A stretch of 64,000 nt of DNA, from NCBI GenBank assembly GCA_964188305.1, contig OZ076894.1. The stretch is one strand, 5' to 3'. Shown in pieces: positions 13,445 to 27,069 of the stretch. This stretch comes from Podarcis bocagei (taxonomy: Eukaryota). How positions within the stretch are numbered: position 1 is the first letter of the stretch; every line of letters starts with the position of its first letter. Below the pieces are notes generated by a model, which worked only from the letters and a program-made list of their open reading frames with translations, did not search any database and had not been told where the DNA came from. The translations under genes were made by a program, and so were the position numbers.

Positions 13445-14371
13445 TGTTAGGCGTAATGAGTGCAGCAGCTCATCCCGGTAGGTCTTACCCCATAAAATCA
13501 GTTGCTGAGACGGAAAATCCCCACCTCCCCTGTCAGGGAACTGCCATCGGCTCAGGGGCAAGAGGGGGAAAGCCGGATGGATTACAAAGAGCCCCCAAAG
13601 ATCGTGGGAAGCAGCACCTCCTCAGCGGAGGAGAGTAACCATGCCTCCAGTGGAGAGGAGCTGCAGGGCTCAGAGGAGGTGAGACGGTGCCAGGACACCT
13701 TGCCTGAGCAAAATGGGGAGGAGAGAGGTCTTCCGTTACCCACGCCCTCCCTGTGCAGTAGGCTTCCACGCCGAGAGGGGAAGCGCAGACTGGGTGTCAA
13801 GAAACTACTCTGCTGGGGAAGGTTTAAGGACCGCCCACTCTCAGATTCTGCCAGTGAATGAGCGAGCCACGGAATAGTGGCACTCTGAATGGTGAAGGTT
13901 TTTTTGGCACCAATAACAAGGCTTTACAACAGACTAGGGAGGCATTGCCTGATTGCTCTCGAGCAACCCCCTGATACCCTTACAGTCCCCTCCTCTCCAG
14001 GGTTTTTCCCAAGCAATCAGAGACTGCGCCTGTGTGCAGTCTGTTGCTGCTCCGCCCATTTCAGCCCTCTTATGTTGTGGGAGATGGGGGGGGAGGGGAG
14101 CTGGTCGCAGCAGGATGGGGAGACACCCTCGACTCTTCACCAGCCTGACTCATCTCTTCCTCTTGGCCTTCAATTCTGGACTTCTTTCTGCCACAGACTC
14201 TCCCTGCTCACTAAACCCTGTTACCTCCTCTTCCCAGTCTTCTCCCTCCTCTCCCTCTGACCACCCATCATCGTCCTACCACCACCATCACCACTCCCTG
14301 GGCTCTGAGCCTTCTTCCCCTAGGGATTGTCCAGCTGGTTCCTCCCATCATTCTTCAAACAATCCATGACA
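13445..14371. mobile_element. LTR-like element family B with two convergent acidic-to-basic ORFs
   Basis: TGTTA...TGACA termini; imperfect flanks CTGAT/CTGTG; plus-strand ORF 13502-13861 and a decayed minus-strand ORF from ATG at ~14367. Confidence 0.6.
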
Positions 14372-15983
14372 CTGTGTTACAAATAGTGTATTGGACATAT
14401 CCCCACTGTAGCTCCACAGTCCCTGGACAAACAAAGGATGTTCAGAGGCTGCTGGGCTTGTGTGTGAATTCCACAAGCATATAAAAAGCTGTTTACATTA
14501 GCCACCCACAAGCACAACTGCATCTCGTCTGCTATGGGGATATGGAGGTATTCTAAATTCCCAGCTTGTTTGAAAAGCGACAAACAGAATCATGGATCAC
14601 TTTCCACGATAGGGATGCTGTATCACTGAGACAAAGGTTACGATGCGTTCACAGTACTTTTTTACTCTCTCAAGAGTTGCGCATTTTAGTCCCAGCCCAC
14701 TGGCCGACTAATCGTTCTTGCCTTCTGAAACTCTGCGTTTAAGACTCAGCCTATGAATTCGAGCATAAAGAATTTCTAAAATGGATTTCTGGCCTCTCCC
14801 TGTGGTGCACAAACTGCTGAAGGCTATATAAACCATTTTCTTGATCAGGGAAATAACGTGAAATTCCTATCACTCTGCAATATGATTTAGTCATGTCTTC
14901 TGGGGGGTGAAATGAATCTTAAACTCAAGCCTTTGCACACAGCAGAAAAGGAGTTGTCAACACCAACTATGTAACTGCTATAAATCAGGCCACTAAAATA
15001 ATAAAACTGTCTTTTATAACAATGAGAATTCTAAAAACAATTTGGGGGACTTTTCTTTGGTTTGCATTTTGCTTAGCGCTGCTGTACTGGAGCCATACTC
15101 CACAATCGGAGCAGCTAGGTATGTTCTTCTGACAGGTAAAGTCTGCCTGGGAAGCTCATGATCTCAGCAACGGGAGCATTCAGAAAAGCTATGGAATGGC
15201 AAAGCTCCAGGCTAAACATTGAGAGACCTGAACAATAGCTGCAGAAGGATATTTGGGCCTAGAACTTTAGTGGCTGTAAACTGAGATGGCTCTTGGACTG
15301 CTGAACTTACTTCTAAAATAGTTTTGGTAGTTTTGTCTTGGAACCTCTGTTTCTACCAGGCAGATGCTCAAAACGTCCTAAATTGGGCACGCAGTTATCA
15401 CGTGGGAAGTGACTTGAGAACGACCAAGCATGCATCCAAGAGGATTCATACAGATTACTGAAAGCGGTCACAATAATTGCACATGATAAATGGGCATGCA
15501 ATGATCCATTGGTATGCTAAGTTCACCAGAAAAACCTGGCCTTGGAATCTCTATGCATAACCCCATCATCTGTTATTGCTTATGCAAAGAGAACATATAT
15601 TAGTGTCACATGGTTTGAGGGTGGGAGAGAGCAGGCAATACATTACAACTTAGAAAGATAGTTTTAAAACACACACACACAGACACACATATATCCATTT
15701 TGTAAACTTAACATATTTATATATAATTCCCACGGGGTTCAATGGTGCTTCCTGATGCAAACAAGCTTATCCAGAGACCTGTCCAACACAGCATGTTGCT
15801 GCTTTTTATTTTATTTGTATGTATTTGAACACTGTCCTTGGACCAGATAGCTCCCAAGGCTTCATAATGAAATACGAAACAGGGGTAAAATGAAGACAAT
15901 AAAATCAGATTGGTGCAGATATGGCATTAACACTCCATTAAATCTAGAGGGGGTCTCCTTTCACTGCCTGATGGTTCAATGTT

Positions 15984-16655
15984 AATAATAATAATAACAA
16001 TAATAAATTTTATTTATATCCCGCCCTCCCCGGCCAAAGCCGGGCTCAGAGTGGCTAACAACAAGTAAAAATAGCACAGGGTACATAAAATCACACACTC
16101 AATTAATTAAAATACATTCTAAAATCAATTCAGAATCAAATTAATGGCAACCACTGGGCTAGAGTTCTAGGTGGATTACAGAAGGAGAGAGGGGGTCAGA
16201 CTGTGCCTTGGCCAAAGGTCTGGTGGAACAGCTCCGTCTTGCAGGCCCAACGGAAAGATGTCATGTCCCGCAGGGCCCTAGTTTCTCATGACAGAGCGTT
16301 CCACCAGATCGGGGCCACGGCCGAAAAAGCCCTGGCTCTGGTCGAGGCCAGCCTAACCTCCCTGTGGCCCAGGATCTCTAAAATGTTTTTATTTGAAGAC
16401 AGTAAAATCCTCTGTGGGACATACCAGGAGAGGCGGTCCCGTAGGTACGAGGGTCCCAGGCCGTATAGGGCTTTAAAGGTTAAAACCAGCACCTTAAACC
16501 TGATCCTGTACTCCACCGGGAGCCAGTGAAGCTATGGCGCCGGGTGAATGTGATCCTGCGGCGAGGACCCCGTAAGGAGTCTCGCCGTGGCATTCTGTAC
16601 CTGCTGGAGTTTCTGGGTCAGTATCAAAGGCAGCCCCACGTAGAGTGAGTTACAG
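15984..16655 (-). mobile_element. L2-clade LINE 3' fragment
   Basis: Minus strand reads CNSLYVGLP and RIRFKVLVLTFKALYGLGPSYL...RAFSAVAPIWWNAL; (TTA)n tail at ~15984. Confidence 0.88.
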
Positions 16656-18689
16656 TTAGGCTTCAGGAAACAGAAACAAGGGGAGGTCAGCAAGGAGAAT
16701 CCTGGTCTCACATCCCCTTCCAGCAGAAAATGTTAAGGAGCTGGTACAGCTCTGAGGTACAACAGCAACAACAACGTTGTCATCACACTCTTGTCAGTTA
16801 AAATCCTGACATTTGTTAAACAGCAAATGTGTGTTAACTTTTAATTTAAGTGTGGGGTGTGTGCAGGGATTGGAACTCCTCTATCTCAGGCCCACGTTAA
16901 TAGCTGGAGTCACAGAATAACCATATTGCCATAGCGGGGGCATTCCTAAACCCCAAGGGGGAAAAACCCATCACCTCCACATCACCCACATCAACCGAAA
17001 GTACAATCTGAATACCAAACGTTGCACCATGATGTCTTTAACCCCACTTGTGAAAAAACTCAAGATGTAGCTTCCCCTGTTCCCCATCGAGCACACAAAG
17101 GAGTGGTTAACCTCCACTCAAAAGATAATAAGCAGGAAATCTCTGCTGAAGCTTGTGTATTTGGCTGTTATTGGTTTCCATCCTAAAATATCAATTAAAT
17201 ACCATTCTCTCTTGGCCAGGAATAATTTGCTCTCCCGCCAGCACAAAGAAACTGGCAGCAACACTGTCCACCTGCTATTGTGCATGACAATGAAATTAAA
17301 ATATTTGGAGAATTTGGCAGGCCTACCCTTTAGAAACTATGCTGGTAGTTTCAACAGAGAGCTACGCCGAAGCGCACCGCTTCTGCCCACGAGAGGAAAA
17401 ATAGCCCTGTATATAAAACTACTGGTGGTCAGCAGCTGGCCTTTCAAGATAAGACATTCGGTCAGGTGGCACGACTGATGAAGCTGTTGCTCTTCGGTGG
17501 AAACAGTAGGAGAAGATGTGAAGAATGCCACCCCCCTCCGCAAGATGCTCACGTTGACCTCAATGGGTGAAAGGCAGAGCTCTGTTTATTCAGGTGCAAT
17601 AATACAAATCATTGTGGGCTGCTCTGCAATGATAAAACAAAGACGATTCCAAAGAATGCACTCCATGTGGGATTTCCAGGGCTCCACTGTAAGCACACTG
17701 TATATGCAATATCAAGTGACAGCCAGGAGCAAAATTATTGTCGTTTGGGGCCCTGGAGCCTCCAGCCGGAGCAGCTTTTGGAAACGGGGAAGTTTAATGG
17801 TGCTACAGAGTCTAATTGGAAGAGGGGGAATAGCATGGGGGGACGAGGGGGGTGGAGGGGAAGAGGGTTAGGGTTGCCTCCCCAAACAACCTATTTTAGC
17901 TCTCCTTGTCTTTTCATGTGAAAATAAATGATAGGGAATGCTATTAAAATGACAATCCGTGTCCCCTTCTCCTCACTTTACGAGCTGATTGCTCTATTTC
18001 TTCATGCGCAAGTTATAAACTATGGCCTGCCTTGGCCACATAGGATCTTAATGGCCGCATGTGCCTAATTAAATGGAAACGTTTTAGCTTCACTTAACCT
18101 TTGGGCAGCGTTTCCAACGGGGAAACTTAATAGCTAGTGAAAGAGAAAGACGTGGCAGGCAAGGCTGACTAGGACAGGGAGCTATAATCCCTTCCTCTCG
18201 CAACGTGGTAATCCCAAATGCTGCAGACCCAAACCAGATGCAGGGGGCAGCCGGCCTATGACTTTCAACCATGGCTAGACCCCAAGCATGTCCCAAAATA
18301 AGATGGTTAAATTTGCCAAGAGGCTGTGGGCATTGGGGTGCTCAACCCTCCACTAGGAAAAAGCACACCAAGAACTCAGGCCAATGTAAGTTTCAACAGT
18401 GGGAGTGGTCCCTACTTGCGAGTAGGGACCACTCCCACTATTGAAGCTTACATTGGCCTGAGTTCTTGGTGTGCTTTTTTCTTGGTATATTTAATAACAA
18501 AAACTCCAACTTATTGAACCCTCCACTAGGCCTGGGAACTTCTCCAGAATCCTTCTGCCATTTTCTCCCATCCAGGTTCGCTTCAGTTGGGGAAATATAG
18601 GAGTTTCAGCACCCGCCACCCGCCCTTTTCTTTTACAAACAACAGAAGGCCTACTTCTGCCCTGCCCAGGGGCAACAACTTGAAGAAAA

Positions 18690-18870
18690 TATTGGGGGGG
18701 GGGGTAACAAGGACAGTGATGTGGGAGAGAGGTTGTGGGACGGGGAACTCGGCCCTCCAGCTGTTTGGGGACTGCAATTCCCATCATCCCTGAACACTGT
18801 TCCTGTTCGCTAGGAATGATGGGAGTTGTAGTCCCAAAACATCTAGAGGGCCAAGTTTGCGGAAGCCTGT
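18690..18870. mobile_element. hAT-type palindromic MITE fragment
   Basis: TTCCCATCAT...ATGATGGGAG inverted core, ends ...CCTG followed by TTCTAGAC (Charlie-type target). Confidence 0.55.
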
Positions 18871-19259
18871 TCTAGACAATATCCCTCTCCCCTCCCCTCC
18901 TCCCTTGGTGGTTGAAATTTCAAGTCTGGGAAGGATTTAACTGAGAGGAGTCCTAGTTTAAATTTTTTTTAATAAGCAACCAGGAGTCTCTTCCTCTCTC
19001 AGCCTAGCATAGCTCTGTGAAGCCGCCCTGTGGATTCATTCTCTTTGCCCAACTCCAGCTCTCTTGCAACCCTTTTGCAAGGGCTTGCTGGGAAACAAAG
19101 TCCAAACGTGGAAGTGGAAGACAGGCATCAATGCCCATCAACTTATTTTTTTTTGGGGGGGGGGGAGGTGTGCCTCAAATATTTTATGTGGGGTGTGTGT
19201 GAAGGGACTTGGGTTCCTAGGAGTTGTTGCCTATAGCCGTGCCAGATACATTGATGGTA

Positions 19260-19501
19260 CAGTGGTACCTCGGGTTAAGTACTTAATTCGTTACAGAGCT
19301 CCGTTCTTAACCTGAAACTGTTCTTAACCTGAAGCACCACTTTAGCTAATGGGGCGTCCCGCTGCTGCCACGCCACCGGAGCACGATTTCTGTTCTCATC
19401 CTGAAGCAAAGTTCTTAACCCGAGGTACTATTTCTGGGTTAGCGGAGTCTGTAACCTGAAGCATCTGTAACCTGAAGCGTATGTAACCTGAGGTACCACT
19501 G
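19260..19501. mobile_element. Tc1/pogo MITE M1
   Basis: CAGTGGTACCTC TIRs, TA TSD. Confidence 0.92.
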
Positions 19502-20593
19502 TATTCGACTTCTCAGAGCTGGCCTTGAACTTTTCCCTCTGAGCTCCTATTCAAAACTGTAGCTTCCTAGGCCCTAAGCAGCATCTGCCTTGCTCTACCC
19601 TTTCTCTCTGTGTGTAGCTACTGCCTTTCCTTGCTCCCCTGCAGACCTATGTGATTCCTGCATTGCAGGAGGTTGACCCTTCCGACTCTACAGTTGACAA
19701 TTCTTGTGCAGCAAAGCTCCTCACAAGTCCAGTGCCTCACCTTGTTCCTGGCTCCTTGCATTGCCCTGCTAGATCCTCAGCCCCACCAGCTCCCTCTTCT
19801 ATCTACTTTCTCCCCAGCCTCCTTTTCCGTAGCCGACTTGGGCTCAGCTTCTCAGCCACAGTTGCGTTTTAATTCCTTGCACTGAGCACCTTGGCCTGGC
19901 TCGCTTTCCTGGAAAGACACCCACCCCACCCTATGTCCTGGCAGTAGTGTCTGCCCCCTTGTCTGATTCCCTAGAGGCCCCGATCCTGCAAGAGAGACAC
20001 CAGGCCCTTCCACAGCTTTTTATAAATGTGTGAGCAGATTCAGGTGTTACTTTTGGAACATGCAGGCGTCATTCTTCTGCCTGCAGAATTGTCAATTGGT
20101 TACATATGGGTCTGATCCACCCACAACATTCTGTGGACTTGATAAATATCCACAATTTCACTTGAATCAAGGTTTCAGCACCTCATTTATAAAGACTAAG
20201 CAAATGTGTTTCGCTCTGGACTTTGAGGGAGCCCGACATTTTTATTCTTATTTTATCTTATTTTTTTGCTGTTATGCTGGTTGCTTTAGCCTTACTTTAC
20301 ATCGTTGCTTTCACTCTACCTGTTTTGTTTACCTAGCAACAGCTGTCTGCCGTGTTTTTTGGGTGTGCGTGCATGCAGGGGTGAGCCTTCCCTTCACAAC
20401 TGTGTCACAAAATTTGGTGGCAGAAAAAATTGGAAGCATGGGGCATTCAGCAAGCCACAGACTTCACGAGGGCTGCAAGTGGGCCACCAGTTGGCCATAT
20501 TGGGCTTAGTTAGAATACAGCATCTAGAAAACATCACAGGCCACCCTGCCATGTGCTGTCATTTTCATATTCTCCTACCTGTGTAGAAACCTA

Positions 20594-20835
20594 CCATATT
20601 TTTTGCTGTATAAGACGCACCTTTTCCCTCCTAAAAAGTAAGGGGAAATGTGTGTGTGTCTTATGGAGCGAATGCAGGCTGCTCAGCTATCCCAGAAACC
20701 AGAACAGCAAGAGGGATCGTTGCTTTCGCTGCGCAGTGATCCCTCTTGCTGTTCTGGCATCTGGTATTCAGAATATTTTTTTTCTTGTTTACCTCCTCTA
20801 AAAGCTAGGTGCGTCTTATAGAGTGAAAACTACGG
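20594..20835. mobile_element. pogo/Tc2-like MITE
   Basis: TA-CC(G/A)TATTT...AACTACGG-TA termini with inverted ATAAGACGCACC/GGTGCGTCTTAT. Confidence 0.75.
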
Positions 20836-21344
20836 TAGTTTATGCTCATCTTTCAGATGCAAAATGTAACTGTAATTGGGGTGGTCCAATGCTGCAGTGT
20901 GACACAGCTCCCCTGTCTGCAACCCTCCAGTCTACCATGCATCCTCGAAATCAGCTTCAGAGGGTTGGAGAGCAGGTTTTAGGGACATGCTTAGGGAGGA
21001 GAGGAAATGGAAACCCCGTTGCCACAGCAAAACTAAACAGGTGGTATATTGGATACACCCCACTGAATGCAATTACAAGGTTGGCATGTCCAGTGCAGAT
21101 TGCCACGGTGCTATTGGCACACTACTGCAAAAGAGTGTTGTTGTTGTTTAAAAAAGAAGTTGATTGTGTGGCTGGTGATGTTTTGCACTGCTTTTTGGCT
21201 ATGCCATAGCCACATTTTTGCCTTGGGGGGAAAAAATCATTCAACTGCAATTGCTCTAACTAAAAAAGAAGAAGTGTGTTTATTATTGTGTGAGTTGTTG
21301 TCAAAATGACAAAATAAATGCCCCAGCTAATAGTAATATGAATT

Positions 21345-21445
21345 CGGATGGCCGTCTGTCATGGATGCTTTAGCTAAAATCCCTGCATAGCAGGGGGTTG
21401 GATTAGATGAATCTTGGGATCCCTTCCAACTCTATGATTCTATGA
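21345..21445 (+). mobile_element. CR1 LINE 3' end
   Basis: CCCTTCCAACTCTATGATTCTATGA CR1 terminal motif. Confidence 0.75.
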
Positions 21446-23392
21446 AATGTGTAGCGGTGTAACTTTGTACCAGCATAAAGAATGCATATCTGCCTATATT
21501 ATTTATAACACACCTTCAAAACCAAAAGAGTGCTGCATAACTTGATTTTTCCCCCCACATAAGGATGGAAGAGAGCTAATATCAAAACTAAAGTTTAGTG
21601 ATTTGGCTTCAAATTGCACCCGTGTTCATACATGTGCTTTTACTAGGATGAACTTGTGGTTCCTATAGAGCAGAATTTGCCTTAACAGCTTCTGCTGAAA
21701 GCCAAACAGAACGCACCCACGTTTTGATATGAGACGTGACTAATGCTCTCTGGGCAACATCTGCTTTTCTTTCTTTGTACTGCTCTGTATTTGCCCTGGA
21801 CATTTTTGCAACTCCAGGTGTATTTTCTTTTCTCCGCGTTTGTGTTTCTCTCACCGGACTCTGTGTGTGCAGCCACACTGAAAATCGCACTGGAATTGCA
21901 CTCTTATGTATTGGAAACTGCTGCTTAAGTCCCACTCAGTCAATGCTCTTTGGATCTGAGAGGACGAACATATATCAGCTGCCTTATAATTAATCCAACC
22001 ACCCTCCCATCTTGTGCAGTGCTATCTGACTGGCAATGGCTCTCTGAGGTCTTTCTCAGTTCCATTACCTGAGATCTTTTTAACTGGACTAGTCAGAGAC
22101 TTTCTGTGTGCAATGCATGCTTATGAGTGAGCTAGAGCCCCTTCACACAAACAGGACCTGAAAACTGAGTGGAAGAAAGTGCTTAGCCTTTATGCCCAGT
22201 GCTCTCACCTGGGAGCTTTCCTTTCTCTTCTCTGAAGGGATACACTTTTGAGCCCATAGGCCAGAACATTTGGCTATTGAGCTGATTTATTCATTGCAGC
22301 ACCCTGTCTGCTCTCTCGCCACCCAGCTGCATTCTTCACACATTATTGGGGGCAGTACTTGTTTTACCTGAACAAACACAACGCATGAAGAAGAACCTGC
22401 TTCAAATCAGCAAGACTAAATGAAAACAGGGAGCCCACAACACATGCCTTATTTTCTAAAAGCAGAACCGTCCTGTTCAAAGGCTACCTTGGTATTTGCT
22501 ATGGTAAAATGAAGACCTCTTTCATAAAGTTGTTCAGCAGGGGTCCACCTGACCTGGAAAACAGGTATTGGAACTTAAAAAAAAAAAAGTCTTAAGTAAA
22601 TGTGTGAGGAAACGTGTTGACTCGGAATACGCTGCACAGCTGGTCGTTGTCAAAGTCTGGATATCATCACCTTAGTCCATTGTTAGTCCATGTGGAAGTC
22701 TATTGCATCTCCATCTGGCTATATGAGCAGAGGTAAATCACAGGGAAAATCAAACACCTTCCCATTGATGGTTTGAGTGAATGTGAGCAATGTCAAACTG
22801 ACCACGTATTACATCTTCATTAGGTTTGTTGACCCATGAATAAGCTACCAATTACAGTAAATTAAAAGCACTTGTATCTCAGCAGTTCACCTCATCATTC
22901 AGCTTTTCCATTCCCATAAGATCACGCTGAATGCGTCTGATAGCAACAGAATTTTCAAATCCCACCCTTTGGTTCAGATACCAAGGAAAATCCCCGTAAA
23001 ACAACTTTGCTGTTATGGTTTTCTTTCCAGCAGGGTGATTCCTACAAGACAGCATAAAATATTGTTCCACTAAAGTGATGAATAATGTAATTCTCTCCCT
23101 CCAACCCGGAATTCTATGGAACAACATAGGCTACAATCAGCAAGACCATTGACAACTTGTTTCCCCTAACAAATGGAACAGGGTCACGGAACAGGGTCAA
23201 GTTGAGTTCCCAACCCAAACGATGTCCCTGAGTAGACAGTATATACATGCTCCAATGATCATTCAGCGATACACAGTACATGGACTTTCTGGTTCATTTT
23301 AACATGGGTACATGTCCATGCATACATTCCTTTCCTTATGCAGAACTCCACCTTCCCTGTTGAAGTGAAGAGCAAAATCTTTGTGGGAGAAC

Positions 23393-23886
23393 AAAAAGCA
23401 GAGACATCACCTTGCCAACAAAGGCCCGTATAAGTTAAAGCTATGGTTTTCCCAGTAGTGGTGCATGGAAGTGAGAGTTGGACCATCAAGAAGGCTGATC
23501 GCCCAAGAATTGATGCTTTTGAATTATGGTGCTGGAGGAAACTCTTGAGAGTCCCATGGACTGCAAGAAGATCAAACCTCTCCATTCTTAAGGAAATCAG
23601 CCCTGAGTGCTCACTGGAAGGACAGATCCTGAAGCTGAGGCTCCAACACTTTGGCCACCTCATGAGAAGAGAAGACTCCCTGGAAAAGACCCTGATGTTG
23701 GGAAAGATTGAGGGCACAAGGAGAAGGGGACGACAGAGGATGAGATGGTTGGACAGTGTTCTTGAAGCTACTAACATGAGTTTCACCAAACTGCGGGAGG
23801 CAGTGGAAGACAGGAGTGCCTGGTGTGCTCTGGTCCATGGGGTCATGAAGAGTTGGACACGACTAAATGACTAAACAACAACAACT
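23393..23886 (+). mobile_element. RTE BovB LINE 3' fragment
   Basis: KAMVFPVVxHGSESWTIKKA..RIDAFELWCWR...RLND, (CAA)n tail. Confidence 0.93.
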
Positions 23887-25339
23887 ACCTCTATGTACTC
23901 TAACAATGTCCCTAAAACAGCCAACAACAGCAATCTACCCTTACTATACCTTGCACAAAGACGGTCCCAAGTTCAGTATATGATATATTCAGCTATAAGG
24001 ATCTCAAATATCAGGGCTTGGAAAGATCATCTCCGCCTTACACCTTGGAGAGCCACCAGCAGTCAGATTTATAACTCCTGGACTAGCTGGATCAAAGTAC
24101 CGGTAAGTCATCTTCCTATATTCGCTTTTGACACCAGGTGTCATAGAGTAAGTGAAGGAAAGCTGAAGAAAACATTGCATTTATATCCAGTTTCAGCTTA
24201 TCAGTTTTGCTTCTTCTTTTCATTTTGGGGGTGGGGTCTGCAAATATTCACAGCTATTAAGACAAAGAGGTACTTTTCTCAAGTGATTGGTGTATGAACT
24301 GCAGTCTGGAAGCTGCCCCCACCCACTGATTATCCCCACCCCTCTCCTCCCTTTGGTGGGGTGAAGAAGGAAAGGCAGATGAGCAGCCAGAGTAGCACCA
24401 TTCATCAGTATGGGAGGACAGTGCAAGGAGGGGAGAATGGGCATGAAATACACATCCATCGTCAACCCACAGTATGGTTGGGAACTAAAAGACAAGTAGT
24501 AATGGCAGCCAAAAGAAAAAGAACAAAAATGTTAATTTAATAACTGACAAATTCATATTTTCACAAATAAAAAAGTTAACTGAGTAAGAAAGGGCCTCAA
24601 CTGTCCTCAAACACCACAGCTTTTGTGCTCTGCGGCGATGCTCCTTGGTTTTCCACTTTCCCCATGTGGTTTAAATTAGCACCTGCATACCTCCAGTTAT
24701 TAAATAAGAAACAGCTCTCTTGCTCTCTCTGCTTGACCTGCTGAGCTCTTGTATACAAGAACTTATCCAGAGGCATTAGGCCTTCCCTTATCAGATGTGT
24801 GTGGTATGACATAATGAATGCAGCGATGTAGGGCAACTGGCAGGCGTTCAGTTCCTCCGCACTGGGTCACATTCCCCATCGGGCTGTTTCTGTTTCTCTA
24901 CGGCGCTCAGTGTGGACCAGTGGTGCCCGATTCCTTGGAAAGCTGGAATTGAACTTCCAATTCATCGACAACCGATTGGAGGCAATCAACAGAAACTCAG
25001 GAGCAAGGAAACCCATCGACGTGGCTGAGTATACATACACAAGCCTGCCTGATTTTCAGCAGGTGTTGTGGGGGATGCAAATGGCATCTGCAGTAATAGC
25101 AACACTTCAGAGAGTGTCCAAAGCACTGTTTATTATCTCAGTAATAAAAAGAAGTCGGTCTTATTATCCCCATACTGCAGATGGAAAGGGTGAGTGCTGT
25201 TGTGCTCAAGTGCTGCTTGCTGGTTTCCCACAGGCATTTTGTTGACCACTGTGAGGAGGCTGGACTAGGTGGGCCATTGGTCTGATCCATTGTAAACTGT
25301 ATTAACATAAGAACAGCCTGCTGAATCAGGCCAATGGTC

Positions 25340-25634
25340 TGTTGACATTTCCATTCCACCTTAAGGAGCAGACGTGTGGAATTGTTGCGTGTCACATGTC
25401 TGTTTACATTCCAGCACAGTGTGCTGGGAACTTCCGTTGTGTGTATTGCTTTTGCTTTTAGCTGTTCTCTCTGAGACGACACAAGAGACAACATGTTACT
25501 TTGTCCTGATTTATGATTAATAAATCTGTAGTTGTATAGTATGCTTCCACAAGCCTCACGCCTATTCTGTGTGCACAGTTCGATCTGCTGATAGTGTGCC
25601 CTGGCTGCGTAAGCCCGGGTTGCTGATTTACGTC
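25340..25634 (+). mobile_element. Possible short solo LTR
   Basis: TG...CA bounded CpG-richer segment with AATAAA (~25519) that interrupts an older SINE-like sequence; no TSD seen. Confidence 0.3.
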
Positions 25635-26192
25635 AGAGCAGAGGTGATGGTCTTTGCACTGGGCCACTGGAAGGAGATGGCCCAGCTGGGGCTAGCCAGC
25701 TGGCCTCCAGGCCCTCTGCATGCTAACATGCACCACCTAGTCCAGGATCCTGTATGCAGAGTGGTCAACCAGGTCCTGCATGTGGGAAACTTGCAAGCAG
25801 AACCTGAGCACCAGAACATCCTCCTCTCGCTGCCTCTGACCGTGGAGGCAGAGCAGTTAAAGCTGCATTAAAAATAGCTTTACATGAATATCGTCCAAAC
25901 GATCAGGAGATCCCAAATTAGTGACCCTACGGTCACTTCCGTTGAACATCTGGATGAGTATACTGAAAGAAAAAACAGTCAAGACCTGTTATGGAATATG
26001 TTGGCAGCTGCCATAATTTTGGTGGCAAAAAAACCCCCACCTGTGTAACTTTGAGGCTCCAAACTTAAAGGAATGATGCCTTAAATCATGCCTAGTGGCA
26101 GAGATGATAAAACTGAGCAAAAAAGTATGAGGCCTGTCTTTAGCTCTTGATGTGGAAAAATCATGTCTGGGTTCTATTACTTGAGATTCCAA

Positions 26193-26442
26193 GTAGTAGA
26201 AGAAGAAGAATTTGGATTTGATATCCCGCTTTATCACTACCCGAAGGAGTCTCAAAGCGGCTAACAATCTCCTTTCCCTTCCTCCCCCACAACAAACACT
26301 CTGTGAGGTGAGTGGGGCTGAGAGACTTCAGAGAAGTGTGACTGGCCCAAGGTCACCCAGCAGCTGCATGTGGAGGAGCGGAGACGCGAACCCGGTTCAC
26401 CAGATTACAAGGCTACCACTCTCAACCACTACACCACACTGG
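26193..26442 (-). mobile_element. tRNA-derived CORE/L2-tailed SINE (Squam3-like)
   Basis: Minus-strand head CCAGTGTGGTGTAGTGGTT, B-box GGTTCGCGTC, MIR-like core GTGACCTTGGGCCAGTCAC, (TTC)n tail; second copy at 37258. Confidence 0.82.
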
Positions 26443-27069
26443 GATCACAGAACTGAATTCTCCTGAATGCTGATTTCGTCCCCATAGAAAATTTACAAAT
26501 TTAACAAAGTGAGAAGTGTTCTAGTTTGCCTTCTACGCAAAATGGTTTTTTTTGAGTATATAGAGTTTAGGGGGGTTGATTCTAATACAGAATTGAGTAT
26601 CACACACATGCCTCTATTAGACAAAGGAGATCACAGTGGGGAAAAGTGTGTGTGAGGCGGAAGGCGGGAGGAATCCTTCCAACTCCAAATGAAAGGAAAC
26701 AAAGCGGTATGACCACAGTGTCTGTTTAAGGTGAAAAGAGTTGAGGTGGGAGAACATTTGCACCTGACACTGACTCACAGGGAAGGCATGCCCCTTTAAA
26801 CAGCTCTTTTGCTTTGATGTGCTCAGCCTTGTCTCCCTATTCCATGTGGGTGGCAAGCAACAAAGACTGCAGCTGAATTTTTTTCTTTTTTTTGGGGGGG
26901 GAGGCCAGGAAAAGGCCTTTTCCAAATGAAAGAGAAACCCACTGCTTAAAATGTGGGAAAGGATGCAGAATTACTGTCCAGGTGAGTGCCTGGAAGCAGT
27001 GAAGCAGAGGTATGGAATCTTACTTTTTAAGAATAGGATGGTACCATGTGTGCCATTCAAAGAATGCTA

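Noticed and set aside
17340-17600. TATA-like TATATAAAA at ~17410 followed by ATG, and overlapping ORFs 17155-17871
   Set aside because: The ATG frame closes after about 30 codons, the peptides resemble nothing I recognise, and there is no splice pattern to support an exon.
24590-25870. GC-balanced non-repeat stretch with several 80-120 aa ORFs that might be host exons
   Set aside because: The frames I translated hit stops quickly or give no recognisable protein; no supportable exon boundaries.
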